In this document: positions 63,933 to 64,000 of the stretch, one piece after another
Numbering within the stretch: position 1 is the first letter of the stretch
Layout of the letters: each line of letters begins with the position of its first letter
From: Leucoraja ocellata
Taxonomy: Eukaryota
Direction of reading: 5' to 3'
Length of the DNA: 64,000 nt
Assembly (NCBI GenBank): GCA_036785375.1
Contig: JAWMAR010000006.1
Location: forward strand, 11,904,001-11,968,000
Notes under the pieces: generated by a model
What the model was told of the DNA's origin: nothing
Database searches by the model: none
The model's input: the letters and a program-made list of their open reading frames with translations, nothing else
Position numbers and translations under genes: made by a program

Positions 63933-64000
63933 CTGCAAAAAAGCAAAAGACATTTATAAAAATAATTTAGTGCAAAGTAGTTGCAATGTTAGAAAGAGCA

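Larger units (their letters stand above)
1600..64000. repeat. Tandem array of 27 exon-plus-intron modules, period about 2.0-3.0 kb (typically 2.24 kb)
   Basis: The same exon and intron sequence recurs throughout. Exon C low coordinates: 1774, 4791, 7446, 9740, 12034, 14270, 16505, 18749, 21465, 24182, 26899, 29616, 31849, 34096, 36339, 38102, 40113, 42600, 45088, 48125, 50612, 52856, 55103, 57346, 59105, 61599, 63763. Confidence 0.98.

Noticed and set aside
4723-63946. The 63-132 aa MLYRREEMV... ORFs as a tandem family of small standalone genes
   Set aside because: Most start at TTG within a polypyrimidine tract. Conservation is confined between the cag acceptor and the gtac donor, and the tails after YVDG vary in length. 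They are exon C plus intron read-through.
1600-64000. CRISPR-like or antigen-receptor (V-segment/RSS) array
   Set aside because: Units are kilobase-scale with no unique spacers or cas genes. I saw no Ig-domain motifs or heptamer-nonamer signal pairs at exon ends, and the boundaries are ordinary splice sites.

Overview
Eukaryotic, intron-containing vertebrate DNA. The CR1/HER1-type LINE and Penelope-like remnants suggest a cartilaginous fish; that assignment is inference. The whole window lies inside one large minus-strand gene that runs off both edges. It is a tandem array of 27 genomic modules (about 2.0-3.0 kb; M1-M27 numbered left to right, transcribed M27 to M1), each encoding one MUC16/CA125-type SEA domain. 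The ORF track mostly shows only one exon per module. Reading splice sites by eye gives five: A 116 nt, B 68 nt, C 170 nt, D 15 nt (microexon) and E 27 nt, i.e. 132 aa per module, or 127 aa without D. Central consensus: VPTEVTNPIKYNVTFIVDNLSIEEIQANPSETATMIANE-LTDLFENSSVNATFLKCDVKSFR-EEMVNSTRVTAECLFQNVSTMEPINREDVYDEFSEMTKDISSLGPYELQSNSLYVD-(DRGQP)-DFNVQHNVN. Main points: no Ser/Thr mucin linkers but about 6 N-glycosylation sequons per module; the microexon donor is GT in the two outer modules and GC in all 25 inner ones, one of which carries a stop; the array is layered, with divergent edges and a homogenised core; and retroelement insertions and deletions in the introns mark its duplication history. 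No prokaryotic features, RNA genes or CRISPR arrays are supported. All exon calls are manual and were not checked against transcripts.
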